A stretch of 64,000 nucleotides of DNA from a virus. The stretch lies in IMG/VR virus record IMGVR_UViG_3300042896_000283, positions 32,001 through 96,000 of that record, one strand, 5' to 3'. Numbering within the stretch: position 1 is the stretch's first letter; every line of letters begins with the position of its first letter. Positions 47,832 through 58,400 of the stretch are shown piece by piece. The translations under genes were made by a program, and so were the position numbers. Under the pieces are notes generated by a model. That model saw only the letters and a program-made list of their open reading frames with translations, made no database searches and was not told where the DNA came from.

Positions 47832-50426
47832 TTAGTAGTCTAATGTAGAGAAATCAAATTTTGGGTAAGCTTGTTTAAGTGCTGTAAGTAACACTTGATC
47901 ATTTAAAGCATTTAAGTTTTGAACTCCTTGCTCATATCCAACTCTAGAAAGTTTATTACTTCCTGAAAGTTCGAAAGAAGTATACTTACCTTGTTTATTT
48001 TTAACAAATACTGTTGGAATATATAAATCAGGATTAGATCTATCTTGTTTTAAATTAGCAGTAACTTGTAAATGTTGTATTCCAGGAAAATCTCCAAACT
48101 GTTTTTGCATCACTGCTTCTTGAGCAACGTTACCTTTTGTTATATCAGTATTACCTCTTCCTATTGCTACTCTAGCAGATGCTTGAGCATTAGTATTTAC
48201 ATATTTATCTCCTAAGTATCCAGCAACTTGAGCACCACTAACTTTTAATCTTTGTGGTTCACTTGGATTAGCTGAATTTCTTATTTCTATTTCATAACTA
48301 TCTCCATCTTGCTTAACAAGTACATTTGTATTCTTCATAAGTTTTTCATCTGTAACATAACTGGATGCTGTTTCAAAATCCCAATTTGAATCAGTCTTAA
48401 GTCCTTGTTCTTGTTCTGCAATAATTAATGCACTAAGTCCTTTCATTGCAATTGGTGGAACTTCTCCTTTAGAGTTAGCTACAGCTTTTATACGTGGAAC
48501 AAATGCATTTGCAGATTTTCCTAACTTTTGCATATATATTTCATCTGCTTTACTGTAAGCTTCTTTTACTTTATTTGCAGCAGGTTTAAAACTAGTTAAA
48601 AATCCTCGTATTGTCTCTCTAGTTGCATTATCAGTTTTAGATAAATGACTCATTGCTTCACGAACAAATCTTCTTTGATTTTGATTTAATGATTTTTCAT
48701 CAACATAAGATTGCTCTGTAGTTAATTCTCCTGATGGAACAGTTTGCGTTTTAATTGCATTATTTATTCCAACCATCTCTCTAGGAGTCAATGTTATTCT
48801 TTCTCCAGCTTTTGTTGAAAAAGATATATTACCTCTTCCTTTTGTAGCTGCATTAATTACTTCTTCTACACCTGCTTCTTTTTCTGAATCAGCTCTTGTT
48901 TTTGTTTCAAACCTATGTAGTTGATTAATATAGTTTTGATTCTTTGCAATGTTCATTACTGAATTAATGGCATCTGCAGGTATATTAGCTTTTGATGGTA
49001 CACCTTGTGCATTTTTCCAACTAGATAACATTCCATTAATTTCTTGTTCAGTATAACCTCCTGCAACTAATGTTGATCTATCTGATTTAATTGCATTATC
49101 AACAGATGTAACATGATTAGAAAATAATTCAGCACCTCTATTTTCATTATCTGTTGGGTTTCCTAAATCAGTCCAAGGAGCATCTACACCATAAAGCTCA
49201 GCTTTCTTCATTGCATTCTCTTCAGCTTTTAATTGGATCTCTTGTTTCTTAAGTCCTAATTCAGTTTGTTTGAATTGTGTGTTAACACCGAACTCATATT
49301 TATCTTGTTGAAACTTAGCTTGATTAAGTTTCATAGTAGCTACCCAATTCTCTTGTTCTTTATATGGATTAGTAACTGCTTCTTCTTCTTTAGAACTCCA
49401 TTTAAAAGCATTTGCAAACTCTTTAACAAATCCATCTTTATATATGTTATACTTCACCTCATCAGGATTAGTCCTAGCTTGTTTAACATTATTATAAAAG
49501 TTTTCATCAAGTTTACCCACTTTACCATCAACACCTAATAATTCTTTATATTGATCAATTTCATTTTCAATATCATTTAATTTAGTAGGATCTGTAGTGA
49601 TAGCTTTTTGAACTTGTAATTTATCTAATTCACCAATTGCTTGTTGTCTATGTACATCATAATCTTGCTTAGCTTTTTGCGCAAGTTGTTCAGGTCCTGC
49701 TCCTCTAAATTCATATTTAGAATCAATTCTTAATTGATTTAAATCATCTGGAGTCATTGTTGCAGCTAAAGCTTCAGCAATTTTTGTTTCACTAACTCCT
49801 TCAATTTTATATCTCTTCATTGCATCTGCATAAAATCTAGCATCCATTTTACCATTAGCATCCACTTTAAAAGGAATATCATATTTTTGAAGATCTGGAT
49901 GTAAAGCTTTGATTGTATCCATAGCTTTTTTCTTTACATCTGTATATGGTGTATATCTATCTCTGAAAGAATCCTCTAGCTTATTTGAGTTTAACCATCT
50001 AGATGCTTTCTCATTAAAATCATATATATTAGATTGAGATGACTTTCCATCAGCTATAGACTTTTCCATCTCTGCAGCTTGTTTTCTATACCAAGCAGCA
50101 GATGATACAGCATTCTGCACATTAGGATCTCCTACAATTTGTTTAGTCATTCCATTAACAGAGTTAGTCAATTGGAAATCTGAAAAATCTCCAGCTGCTA
50201 CAAATGTTAAGTCATCACCTAACGCATTAAGTTTAGATTGTAAATAGTTTTTATCTACCCCTCGCATAACATCAAGACCAGCAACATTATCAATACTTGC
50301 TTGTATCTTTTTGACACCTTCATCATACTGTTGTTGCTTTTGCATACCTACTTTAACCATTGCCTCTACAGGTAATTGTTGTACGTAAGGATTAAAAGTT
50401 GGGGTTTTATCTGTCCATGAGGCCAT
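47832..50426 (-). CDS. Virion cargo/ejection protein
   Basis: Helical protein with FNPYVQQLP..AM..VG..KQQQYD N-terminus, directly upstream of vRNAP. Confidence 0.6.
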   Translation of the reverse strand: MASWTDKTPTFNPYVQQLPVEAMVKVGMQKQQQYDEGVKKIQASIDNVAGLDVMRGVDKNYLQSKLNALGDDLTFVAAGDFSDFQLTNSVNGMTKQIVGDPNVQNAVSSAAWYRKQAAEMEKSIADGKSSQSNIYDFNEKASRWLNSNKLEDSFRDRYTPYTDVKKKAMDTIKALHPDLQKYDIPFKVDANGKMDARFYADAMKRYKIEGVSETKIAEALAATMTPDDLNQLRIDSKYEFRGAGPEQLAQKAKQDYDVHRQQAIGELDKLQVQKAITTDPTKLNDIENEIDQYKELLGVDGKVGKLDENFYNNVKQARTNPDEVKYNIYKDGFVKEFANAFKWSSKEEEAVTNPYKEQENWVATMKLNQAKFQQDKYEFGVNTQFKQTELGLKKQEIQLKAEENAMKKAELYGVDAPWTDLGNPTDNENRGAELFSNHVTSVDNAIKSDRSTLVAGGYTEQEINGMLSSWKNAQGVPSKANIPADAINSVMNIAKNQNYINQLHRFETKTRADSEKEAGVEEVINAATKGRGNISFSTKAGERITLTPREMVGINNAIKTQTVPSGELTTEQSYVDEKSLNQNQRRFVREAMSHLSKTDNATRETIRGFLTSFKPAANKVKEAYSKADEIYMQKLGKSANAFVPRIKAVANSKGEVPPIAMKGLSALIIAEQEQGLKTDSNWDFETASSYVTDEKLMKNTNVLVKQDGDSYEIEIRNSANPSEPQRLKVSGAQVAGYLGDKYVNTNAQASARVAIGRGNTDITKGNVAQEAVMQKQFGDFPGIQHLQVTANLKQDRSNPDLYIPTVFVKNKQGKYTSFELSGSNKLSRVGYEQGVQNLNALNDQVLLTALKQAYPKFDFSTLDY

Positions 50427-50466
50427 AGTCTTTATTTTTATTTATGTACAGTGTACATAGGATTAA

Positions 50467-50474
50467 CAAATGTA
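50467..50474 (-). promoter_or_regulatory. -7 box TACATTTG upstream of the cargo/vRNAP genes
   Basis: CAAATGTA on the + strand, intergenic. Confidence 0.5.
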
Positions 50475-50538
50475 ATATGAATTATTAGAACTACCAAAAT
50501 TAATAATCAATTCTGGTAATTCTTTATAATTAAATTAG

Positions 50539-53500
50539 TTATAAATTTTTAAATTCTTTAACTATTCCACCATTTCTTTCTACTGGAACATTTTTAATAT
50601 CTTTTTTAACTTTTGATTCATAAGCATTTGAAATAGCTTTTGCTTTTTCATACTCAGATAGATCTGTAGACTTACCTGTAGGAGATCCAGCTCCTGTTAC
50701 TGTTGTATCAAACTGTGCAAGAGGATTTTCATTAATAGCTTTGAAATCTTTATTGAATCTGTAGTTATACATATTCTCATATGTTTGTAATGTTCTATTC
50801 TCTAATTTGTTTTTAGCAAACTTATCTGATATAGAACTTAATGCAGCTTGTGTTGTAGCTTTAGTATTTGACTTAGCTTGTGCTTGTCTTTCATATTGCT
50901 TATCATAGATTGCTAAGTTTTGAAGTTTAGCTTGATTAAGGAGTTGTCTATTCTGATCATACACTTTATCTTTCTCAGCTTGGTTTAATCTAAACTGTTC
51001 TCCTAGCACTTTTGAGTTAGCAGCATATTTCTGTGCAGCTAAGTTAGCTTGAGCAGCAGGATTGTATCCAGTCATTTTTTGTATAGATCTAAAGTCAGCT
51101 TGGTTAGCATTCAATTGATCCTGTAATGATATATCATATGGTGTACCAAGTTCAGGTTGAAATCCTTGTGCTTGTACAGGTTCTAATTGATTATTAGCTA
51201 AAGCATAATATTCACCAGTTAATTGATTAGGATCTAGTTGTTCAGTATCCTTTGTTCTAAGATAAGGAATAGCTTGATTGACTATATCCATCCATAATTT
51301 TCTTTTGTTTGGTTCTACAGGAGTTAATGGTGTAGCAGTAGTTGATATACCTGTTGTTGTATCAGCAGGAATTTCTGCAGCTTTTGGTAATAATAATTCA
51401 TTTGCTGCCCAACCATAACCAAAATGTTCTGGATCAATGAAAGGATCTTTACCATATAAGTTTTGATGTCTAGCTTTAATTAAAGGTGCACTCTCTTTAT
51501 TCTGTAAAAGAAACTCTTGAAACTCTTTATTTCCTTTTCCTTTAAATCCTAATTTATCTGCAACCTCATCCCATTGTTTTGTGGAAAATCCAGAAGCAGT
51601 AGCTTTACCATATTTATTTCCTTTTTGTACATTACCTTGCCAAGGAGTGATACCATATTTACTTGAATAACCATCTTGTGCAATTGGAATCTTTGTTCCA
51701 TTTTTAGCTTGCATAATACTTGCTCCTAGTCTTGCTTTTCTAGAACCATCTTTCTTAAGAGGTTTAACTTCACCTTTTTTAGCTAAGTGATCAGCATCTA
51801 CACCTTGTTCTTCAGCTGTTTCATTTATAGTACTTTGTAATGCTACTAAGTTTTCTTTTTCTCCAGCATAATTTTTTAACTTATCAATACCTGATTGTTT
51901 CATTAAGTTAAATGAATTGTCTTTAATTTTATCTATTTGTGTTTTTGGTTTAGATGTGTTTATATTTTTTATAGCACTCTCAACAACATTAGTTGCTTTA
52001 ACTTCACCTTTAGATATTTTCTTAGCAATATTTTTAAACTTCTGTCCATTGTATTTATTTATAAGATCTGAAACTTCTTCATCCTCTATATGACCAATAC
52101 TATTTTTATTAAGTTCAAGATTACCTAGAATATTCAAATGTTTTTGTCCAGTTTTACGGTCAATTGATTCCCATCCTGGTTCACCTTGTTCTACTTCAAC
52201 ATCTGTACTTCCAATATCTGCACCTTCTTCTGCATATTGATTTGCTTGACCACCATCACCATATTTAACACCAATTCCACTATTACCTTTACCATCAGTT
52301 TCACTATGTTTTTGTCCATAGAAGTTTACTGTTTCTCCTGTACCATCCATAAATGGATTATATGAAATAGGTTTAGCTACTCCACCCCATGTTGTTTTCA
52401 ATGAACCACCTAATGCCATTGTCTCTAAAGCTCTTGGACTTGGTTGTTCATAATCACCTACAAGATGGCCACCAGATCTAAACTCATCTTTATGTGCATA
52501 GTCAGCAAAGTCTTGTGCATTATGATCACCAAACATAGCAATTAATTGTGGATTATATTCTGGATTTAAATAACCACCCTCTTCATAAGAATATACATCT
52601 CCACCATTTTTTCTATTACCACCATACATTTGCCCTAATGATTTACCCATTATATTAGCTTGTATACCTGCCATTTTTTGTTGATTAGCTCTATCATAAT
52701 CTCTTCCAATTGATGTAGTCATGTCAAGTCCTGCTCCAATACCTGCACCAAGTATTGATCCAATTCCTGATTTATCACCTAATGCTTCACCAGTAAAACT
52801 TCCAATTCCAGCTCCAATTTTACCACCACCACTACTTGCACCACCACTTGCTATACCTTCTCCAGCACTAGTAAGATCAAATCCAAATTGTGCTCTAGAA
52901 ACAAATCCTCCTGATCTATATTGTTTAACTATATCTTCGTCACTTATATCAGAGTCACCTAATGGTTCATATCCAAGATCATCATATAAAGAATTACCAT
53001 TACCATAAGTATTTTGAATCTCTGTAGCATTACCACCAATAGATGTTCCATTTTTAGCAGCAAGTACATTTGACCCAACACCTTGAGTTGGAAAACGAGT
53101 ATTAGCATCAGTTACATTTGCCCAAGGAGTATCATATTTATGTTCTTCTAAATTAGGTCTTTGTGTAAGTGCTATATTTTCTAAATCAAGAAGTCGTCCT
53201 GTTTGTTTTTTATATCTATTAGCTTCTGTAGCTGCATTAATATCTGCTATTCCCCCAATAACACTTCCTAATAAAGGAATACCTTTAACAGGATTCATTT
53301 GAGGTGTAACATTTTTTTGTTGATTTGTACTATCTTGAATTCTTTGTAACTCACCTTCACCACTAATCTGTTTTTGATTAGCATATTCTTGTGTAGGAAT
53401 ACCAGGAGTTTTAAACATACTACCATTCCATGTAGGAGCTTGAGTAGTAGTAGGTGCAGTAGTCTTACCAAGTGTTTGTGGATTAATACCAAATTTATTA

Positions 53501-53736
53501 ATATCAAATGCTATTGGTGAAAGTGTTGTTGTATCTGTAGTAGTAGCTATAGCATCTTGATACCAATCAGGTGTATCTAATCCTTGTAAACTTTGTTCAA
53601 AAGGAATAGCTGCACCAATTTGAGCTTTTTTAAAAGCTTTGCGATGTTTACTCATAAATGCTTCCTCTGAAGGATATTTTTTATAAAACTCCTTTTCAGA
53701 TTTTACTCCTGCTATTTTTAAAATTTGTGCTTTCAT
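50539..53736 (-). CDS. Virion cargo/ejection protein with Gly-rich hydrophobic segments
   Basis: Gly/Ala-rich membrane-like stretches, repeated xxGG motifs, Gln/Ala-rich C-terminus. Confidence 0.62.
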   Translation of the reverse strand: MKAQILKIAGVKSEKEFYKKYPSEEAFMSKHRKAFKKAQIGAAIPFEQSLQGLDTPDWYQDAIATTTDTTTLSPIAFDINKFGINPQTLGKTTAPTTTQAPTWNGSMFKTPGIPTQEYANQKQISGEGELQRIQDSTNQQKNVTPQMNPVKGIPLLGSVIGGIADINAATEANRYKKQTGRLLDLENIALTQRPNLEEHKYDTPWANVTDANTRFPTQGVGSNVLAAKNGTSIGGNATEIQNTYGNGNSLYDDLGYEPLGDSDISDEDIVKQYRSGGFVSRAQFGFDLTSAGEGIASGGASSGGGKIGAGIGSFTGEALGDKSGIGSILGAGIGAGLDMTTSIGRDYDRANQQKMAGIQANIMGKSLGQMYGGNRKNGGDVYSYEEGGYLNPEYNPQLIAMFGDHNAQDFADYAHKDEFRSGGHLVGDYEQPSPRALETMALGGSLKTTWGGVAKPISYNPFMDGTGETVNFYGQKHSETDGKGNSGIGVKYGDGGQANQYAEEGADIGSTDVEVEQGEPGWESIDRKTGQKHLNILGNLELNKNSIGHIEDEEVSDLINKYNGQKFKNIAKKISKGEVKATNVVESAIKNINTSKPKTQIDKIKDNSFNLMKQSGIDKLKNYAGEKENLVALQSTINETAEEQGVDADHLAKKGEVKPLKKDGSRKARLGASIMQAKNGTKIPIAQDGYSSKYGITPWQGNVQKGNKYGKATASGFSTKQWDEVADKLGFKGKGNKEFQEFLLQNKESAPLIKARHQNLYGKDPFIDPEHFGYGWAANELLLPKAAEIPADTTTGISTTATPLTPVEPNKRKLWMDIVNQAIPYLRTKDTEQLDPNQLTGEYYALANNQLEPVQAQGFQPELGTPYDISLQDQLNANQADFRSIQKMTGYNPAAQANLAAQKYAANSKVLGEQFRLNQAEKDKVYDQNRQLLNQAKLQNLAIYDKQYERQAQAKSNTKATTQAALSSISDKFAKNKLENRTLQTYENMYNYRFNKDFKAINENPLAQFDTTVTGAGSPTGKSTDLSEYEKAKAISNAYESKVKKDIKNVPVERNGGIVKEFKNL

Positions 53737-53737
53737 A

Positions 53738-54535
53738 TTAATTGTATTTGTTTAGCCAGCCTCCTGGTTGTGGTTTATTGTAATTGGTAAAGTTAGTTAG
53801 ATTATCTAGATTCTGCAAACTCTTCTGTTCTTGTCTTATTCCATTCTGAGCCATAGGATATTCAGTAAATTTTGTTGCTCCTGGAAATTCATGATTTCCT
53901 GTATTAGCATAAACTACTCTAGGTTCTCCTACATCTGGAACTACATACAATGTATCTTTATATCCATCAGTACCCATAGTACTTCCTTTTATTTCTACAA
54001 CTTTACCTCTATTATCAGGATTTCTATATCCATCTTGATCACCTTTAACTATTTCTCCATCTTCATATTTAGATAACCAAGATCCATTCTTACTAATACT
54101 CTTAGGTTGATAATCTAATCCATTCTGATAGTATTGCATCTCTTTACCATTCTGTGCACTAGCCATTGTTTTCTTTGCATACTTCCCATTACTAGGAGCA
54201 GCTCCTTGTGTACGTGCATATGAAAAACCTACAGCTCCTGGAATAGAACTACCCATCTGTGCTTGAGGAACATAATTAACTGGATAAACAGATCCACCCA
54301 TTTGAAACTGTCCTCCCCATGCAGGAGAATAGTTTCTACCTACATTAGAGAATCCATCTCCTTCAAATCCTTCAGGAGCAGAAGCTTGTGAATCATTATA
54401 ATTATCTAACCAACCACCATTCTTCATGTTGTTGCTATTGTCTCTACCACACTCATGACATATGTACATATCCTTCTTACTAGAATCAGATTTGTCCCAT
54501 GACCATCCACATGTGCATTTTACTTTACTATTCAT
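53738..54535 (-). CDS. Virion-associated protein with N-terminal Zn ribbon and repeated xxG(G) motifs
   Basis: CTCGWSW...CHECG; MKNGG, FQMGG, AQNG. Confidence 0.6.
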   Translation of the reverse strand: MNSKVKCTCGWSWDKSDSSKKDMYICHECGRDNSNNMKNGGWLDNYNDSQASAPEGFEGDGFSNVGRNYSPAWGGQFQMGGSVYPVNYVPQAQMGSSIPGAVGFSYARTQGAAPSNGKYAKKTMASAQNGKEMQYYQNGLDYQPKSISKNGSWLSKYEDGEIVKGDQDGYRNPDNRGKVVEIKGSTMGTDGYKDTLYVVPDVGEPRVVYANTGNHEFPGATKFTEYPMAQNGIRQEQKSLQNLDNLTNFTNYNKPQPGGWLNKYN

Positions 54536-55401
54536 TACTTATAAGATATTTGTGCAGGAGCAATTAAGAATTGACTCACTAGATGTGTTGTTGAGCTATT
54601 ATCAAGTATATGTCTAATCTTTAATTCTTTTGCTCTTAGAGTGGCTTTATTGAAGCTTCTAGAACCATAGTCCATGTTAGCTTGATTCACCACTTTATCA
54701 ATAGATAAAGATTTACAAGATGTATTGAATAATGGAATCTGAGAACTTATCTCTGCAGCCCAGAATGTATTATACTGATAGAAGTTATCACTCTTAGTAT
54801 ATATGATAGTCTTACTTTCAGTATTAAGAATAGGATATTGCATATAAGCTTTTAAGTTATTTAAAGGCTTAGCTACAAGTTCTAGTATTCCTGAACTTTG
54901 TTGTCCATTATATAGAATAGCTTTATTGAACCATTTATTATTTGTTTCTATTTTTGTATTATAATTAAATACACCATCTGGTATAGGAAGATATTCATAT
55001 GCTTTTGTATAGTCTTTTACATTCTGAAGAATTTCATCTTGGAATTGATATGCAAAAGGATACTCAATAATATATGGTTCTATATTTCCATAGAACTCAT
55101 TATATAATTGTATATTAGTCAAGTGTCTCCATAAACAAGCAGTTATAGATTGTGTATATACTGATTCAACATATTCTGTAGTAGTAAAACTATTTAAAGA
55201 AAATGTTTTTTTTATTTTACATTTTCCTGTAGATTCAATAGTCAACATATTAACTGCAGTATCTACTGGATAACTAACTCCTCTAATAAGAATTCTTTTA
55301 GGTACATCATTTGCTATAACATTACCAAGTTCATCAGTAATATTAAAAGGACCAGTTCCTGATCCTGATTGTGTTAACTTTATGGTTATAACTTTTGACA
55401 T
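54535..55401 (-). CDS. Tail protein, probably the split C-terminal part of the muzzle/stabilisation protein
   Basis: CLWRH...FYG...PYIIEY, WFNKAILYN.QQSSG. Confidence 0.55.
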   Translation of the reverse strand: MSKVITIKLTQSGSGTGPFNITDELGNVIANDVPKRILIRGVSYPVDTAVNMLTIESTGKCKIKKTFSLNSFTTTEYVESVYTQSITACLWRHLTNIQLYNEFYGNIEPYIIEYPFAYQFQDEILQNVKDYTKAYEYLPIPDGVFNYNTKIETNNKWFNKAILYNGQQSSGILELVAKPLNNLKAYMQYPILNTESKTIIYTKSDNFYQYNTFWAAEISSQIPLFNTSCKSLSIDKVVNQANMDYGSRSFNKATLRAKELKIRHILDNSSTTHLVSQFLIAPAQISYK

Positions 55402-55402
55402 A

Positions 55403-58400
55403 TTAAGGAGTGGTTGTTGTAGTGGTTGTTGTATTTTCTAACATAGAAACTGTTACACAACTACCTACTTGCGTTGATGAACTAACTGAAGAAATATCTA
55501 AACTATCTATTTCAACTATCTCATAAGGATTTGCTTTATTTATTAAAAATATATTTCCTGTTGTATTTACAGCATATAAACTACAATCACATTCATATAA
55601 AGAAACTAATTTACCAAGTGTAGGAATTGTAACATTAATATCTAATTCAAGTGTAGATGTAGAATAGTCATATTGTGTAATATAATAATCAGGAGTTATT
55701 GTATCTTGATTAATAATAATAAGTTTACCTTCTGTTGTATATAACATATTACCTTGTGCATTTCTATTTACCGGTAATGTAATGATACTTGTTGCAACTC
55801 CTGTAAGAGTTGTAATATCCATTTCAATAACTTCTTGTGGAGAAACAGAATCATCTATAGTTATAAGTGTTGTATCATTTAAAGCAACTATTCCTGATGA
55901 TGTAATAAATCCACCTGGAAAAGAAATTGTTCTATTAAATGTAGCACTAAATGGACTTAAGTTAATGTCCCATTCTTTTATATTTGTATCAATAGACCAA
56001 AACTTTGTTGATGTCATAGCTATTCCTAGAGATGATACATATCCAGGTACTGTTAATTGACTAGTCATGTTATCACTTATATGTTTAAGATAGATTAAAT
56101 TGTCTGAACTAAATAATATTCCACAACATTCTGGTACATCTGGTACTGCAGTGGTGGTAGTAGTGGTAGTTCCACAATCACAATATGCTACTTCTTCAAC
56201 AATTCCATCTATAATATGATAAGCTGCATTATATGCATAGGTAGTACTTTCTGAAATACTTTGTCCAGTAAAATACCAACCATCAGGAACTAATGTACAA
56301 TCATTTGAATAATAATTATAATATACAAATTCTCCAACATTAAGTATATTTCCTCCAGGTATAGGAGTTAATACACTTCCAGTAAATTTAGTTGTTGTAA
56401 TAGAAGGACTATCAGATTTAGTAAATGCTATTGCATTACATACATCTTCTAGACTTCCAGTTGAATCAACTGCAGGATCAGCATCAACTTGATATCCTGT
56501 ATATAAAGAAACAATGTAATCAAAATCAGATGATCTTGCACATATAGTTGTTGTTGGTACTGGAGGAATTGTAATTACTGCATCACCTATTAAATCACAT
56601 GATGTACTAATTGCTAAACCTTCTAATGTACAATCTAAAGCTTCTGTTGTAGTAGTAGTAGTTGTAAATAAAGGAGGTGACATAGTTGTTGATGAGGTTG
56701 TTGTTATTGGTGATGATCTTTGTAGTTCTCCTACAAGTGCTGTAAAATCAGTAATGTTGAAATCATCACAACATCCATTTATTCCTGAATAGAAAAAGTT
56801 ATTTTCTGCTATATACCAATTAGGTATATAACTATGAAAAGAAACCCAACTTTTAGTATTCATATTAAAAGAAAGTGTCCATGACTTATTGCAAAAATAT
56901 TCAGGTTCAGTTACATAAACTTCTGTTTTGAATATAACATCATTAATTACATCTTCTATATAAAATGTTTTTGTTAAATAATCATATTTTATATTAGGAT
57001 CTAATGGTATATAATCAAGTTTACTAATTATAACTCTATCAAATTTACTATCATAGACACCATGTAATCCAATACCATTAAAATTATTATCTGTATCAAC
57101 TCCTGGTATAGTAATTAGTTCTCCATTTACTAAAATTTGTTTAGTTGGGAAATATCTAAGTATTTCAAAAGCCAAATGGTCTGTAAAGAATCTATTCATA
57201 CCAGAACCAAATGCAGATAAATCTACAGCTTGAGTACCAGAAATTAAGAATACTTGTCCTCTTTTAGCATCTACAGTAATTTGTCCTTGTGGGATTTTTA
57301 ATAAAAACTTATTTTGACTTCCTACATATCCAAGATCTGTTTCAGCAAAATCAATAGGAGGTGCTCCTGCAAATAAATTAGGATTACCTAAATATGCAGC
57401 TTGTGGATTACTTGTATTAACTGTAAGCAAATTATTATACATTAAAGATTTGTTTTCAAATCTAGCAAGTACAGCCTTATTCTGAATACCATCTAATGAT
57501 ACAAGTGCTCCATAATTTTGAGGAAAATCATATGACGATAAAGCTTTATAACTTAACCAGTTATTAACTCTATTGTCAGCATTGATTTCTTGAACATCTG
57601 AATAAATAGCTCTAAATGGATAATGTGTAAAACAAAACTGAGACTTCCAATCTGGAGGAAGATGAGAAAATGAATTCTCTTTATTTTGTTTTGAATATGT
57701 TACATTATAATTATATGTATTATCTTGAGCAATAGTTACAAAACTTTCTTGAAACCAATCATCAGGAATACCTGTAGATACATGTGGCCAGAAATCTCCT
57801 TCTCTATTATTAAATGCTTGTCTAAGATCTACATTATATGAACTTTCACAATAAAAGTTAGGAATCCCATATGCAAACAAATAGAAATATCCATCATAGA
57901 AAGTTCTTAAAGATGATGCATTTGCTGAAACTTGACCTAATGGATCTGGTACAGGTGCAGGAATTAAAGAAGGGTCATTAGGACAATCAAAGTTATGAGC
58001 TTTGAATGAAATAATGTTTGCCATTAATGTGGTTCCTGCTAAATAATTTTCTAGTATAGATCTTGCAGAATGCCAGTATTTAGGATAACCTACATTACCA
58101 ATCTCATCATAAAAGATATCACTATCATCAGGAGCTCCTACTCTATTATCAAAGAAGAAAGGTAGTTTTGTTTTAAATGCAAATTTAGAAATAAATGTAT
58201 CACCACCAAATACAACATCATGATATGAAGTGGTAGCACTTAGATCTACTTGATATCCTGTATCAATAGTTTCATATGAATACATTTGTCCCCATTGATT
58301 AATAAATATATTTTTCAATGAAGCATAATATGACACAACACTAATATCTTGTTCTTTTGCAGGTGTATCACATACATTACTTCCACCAATAGTAAGTCTT

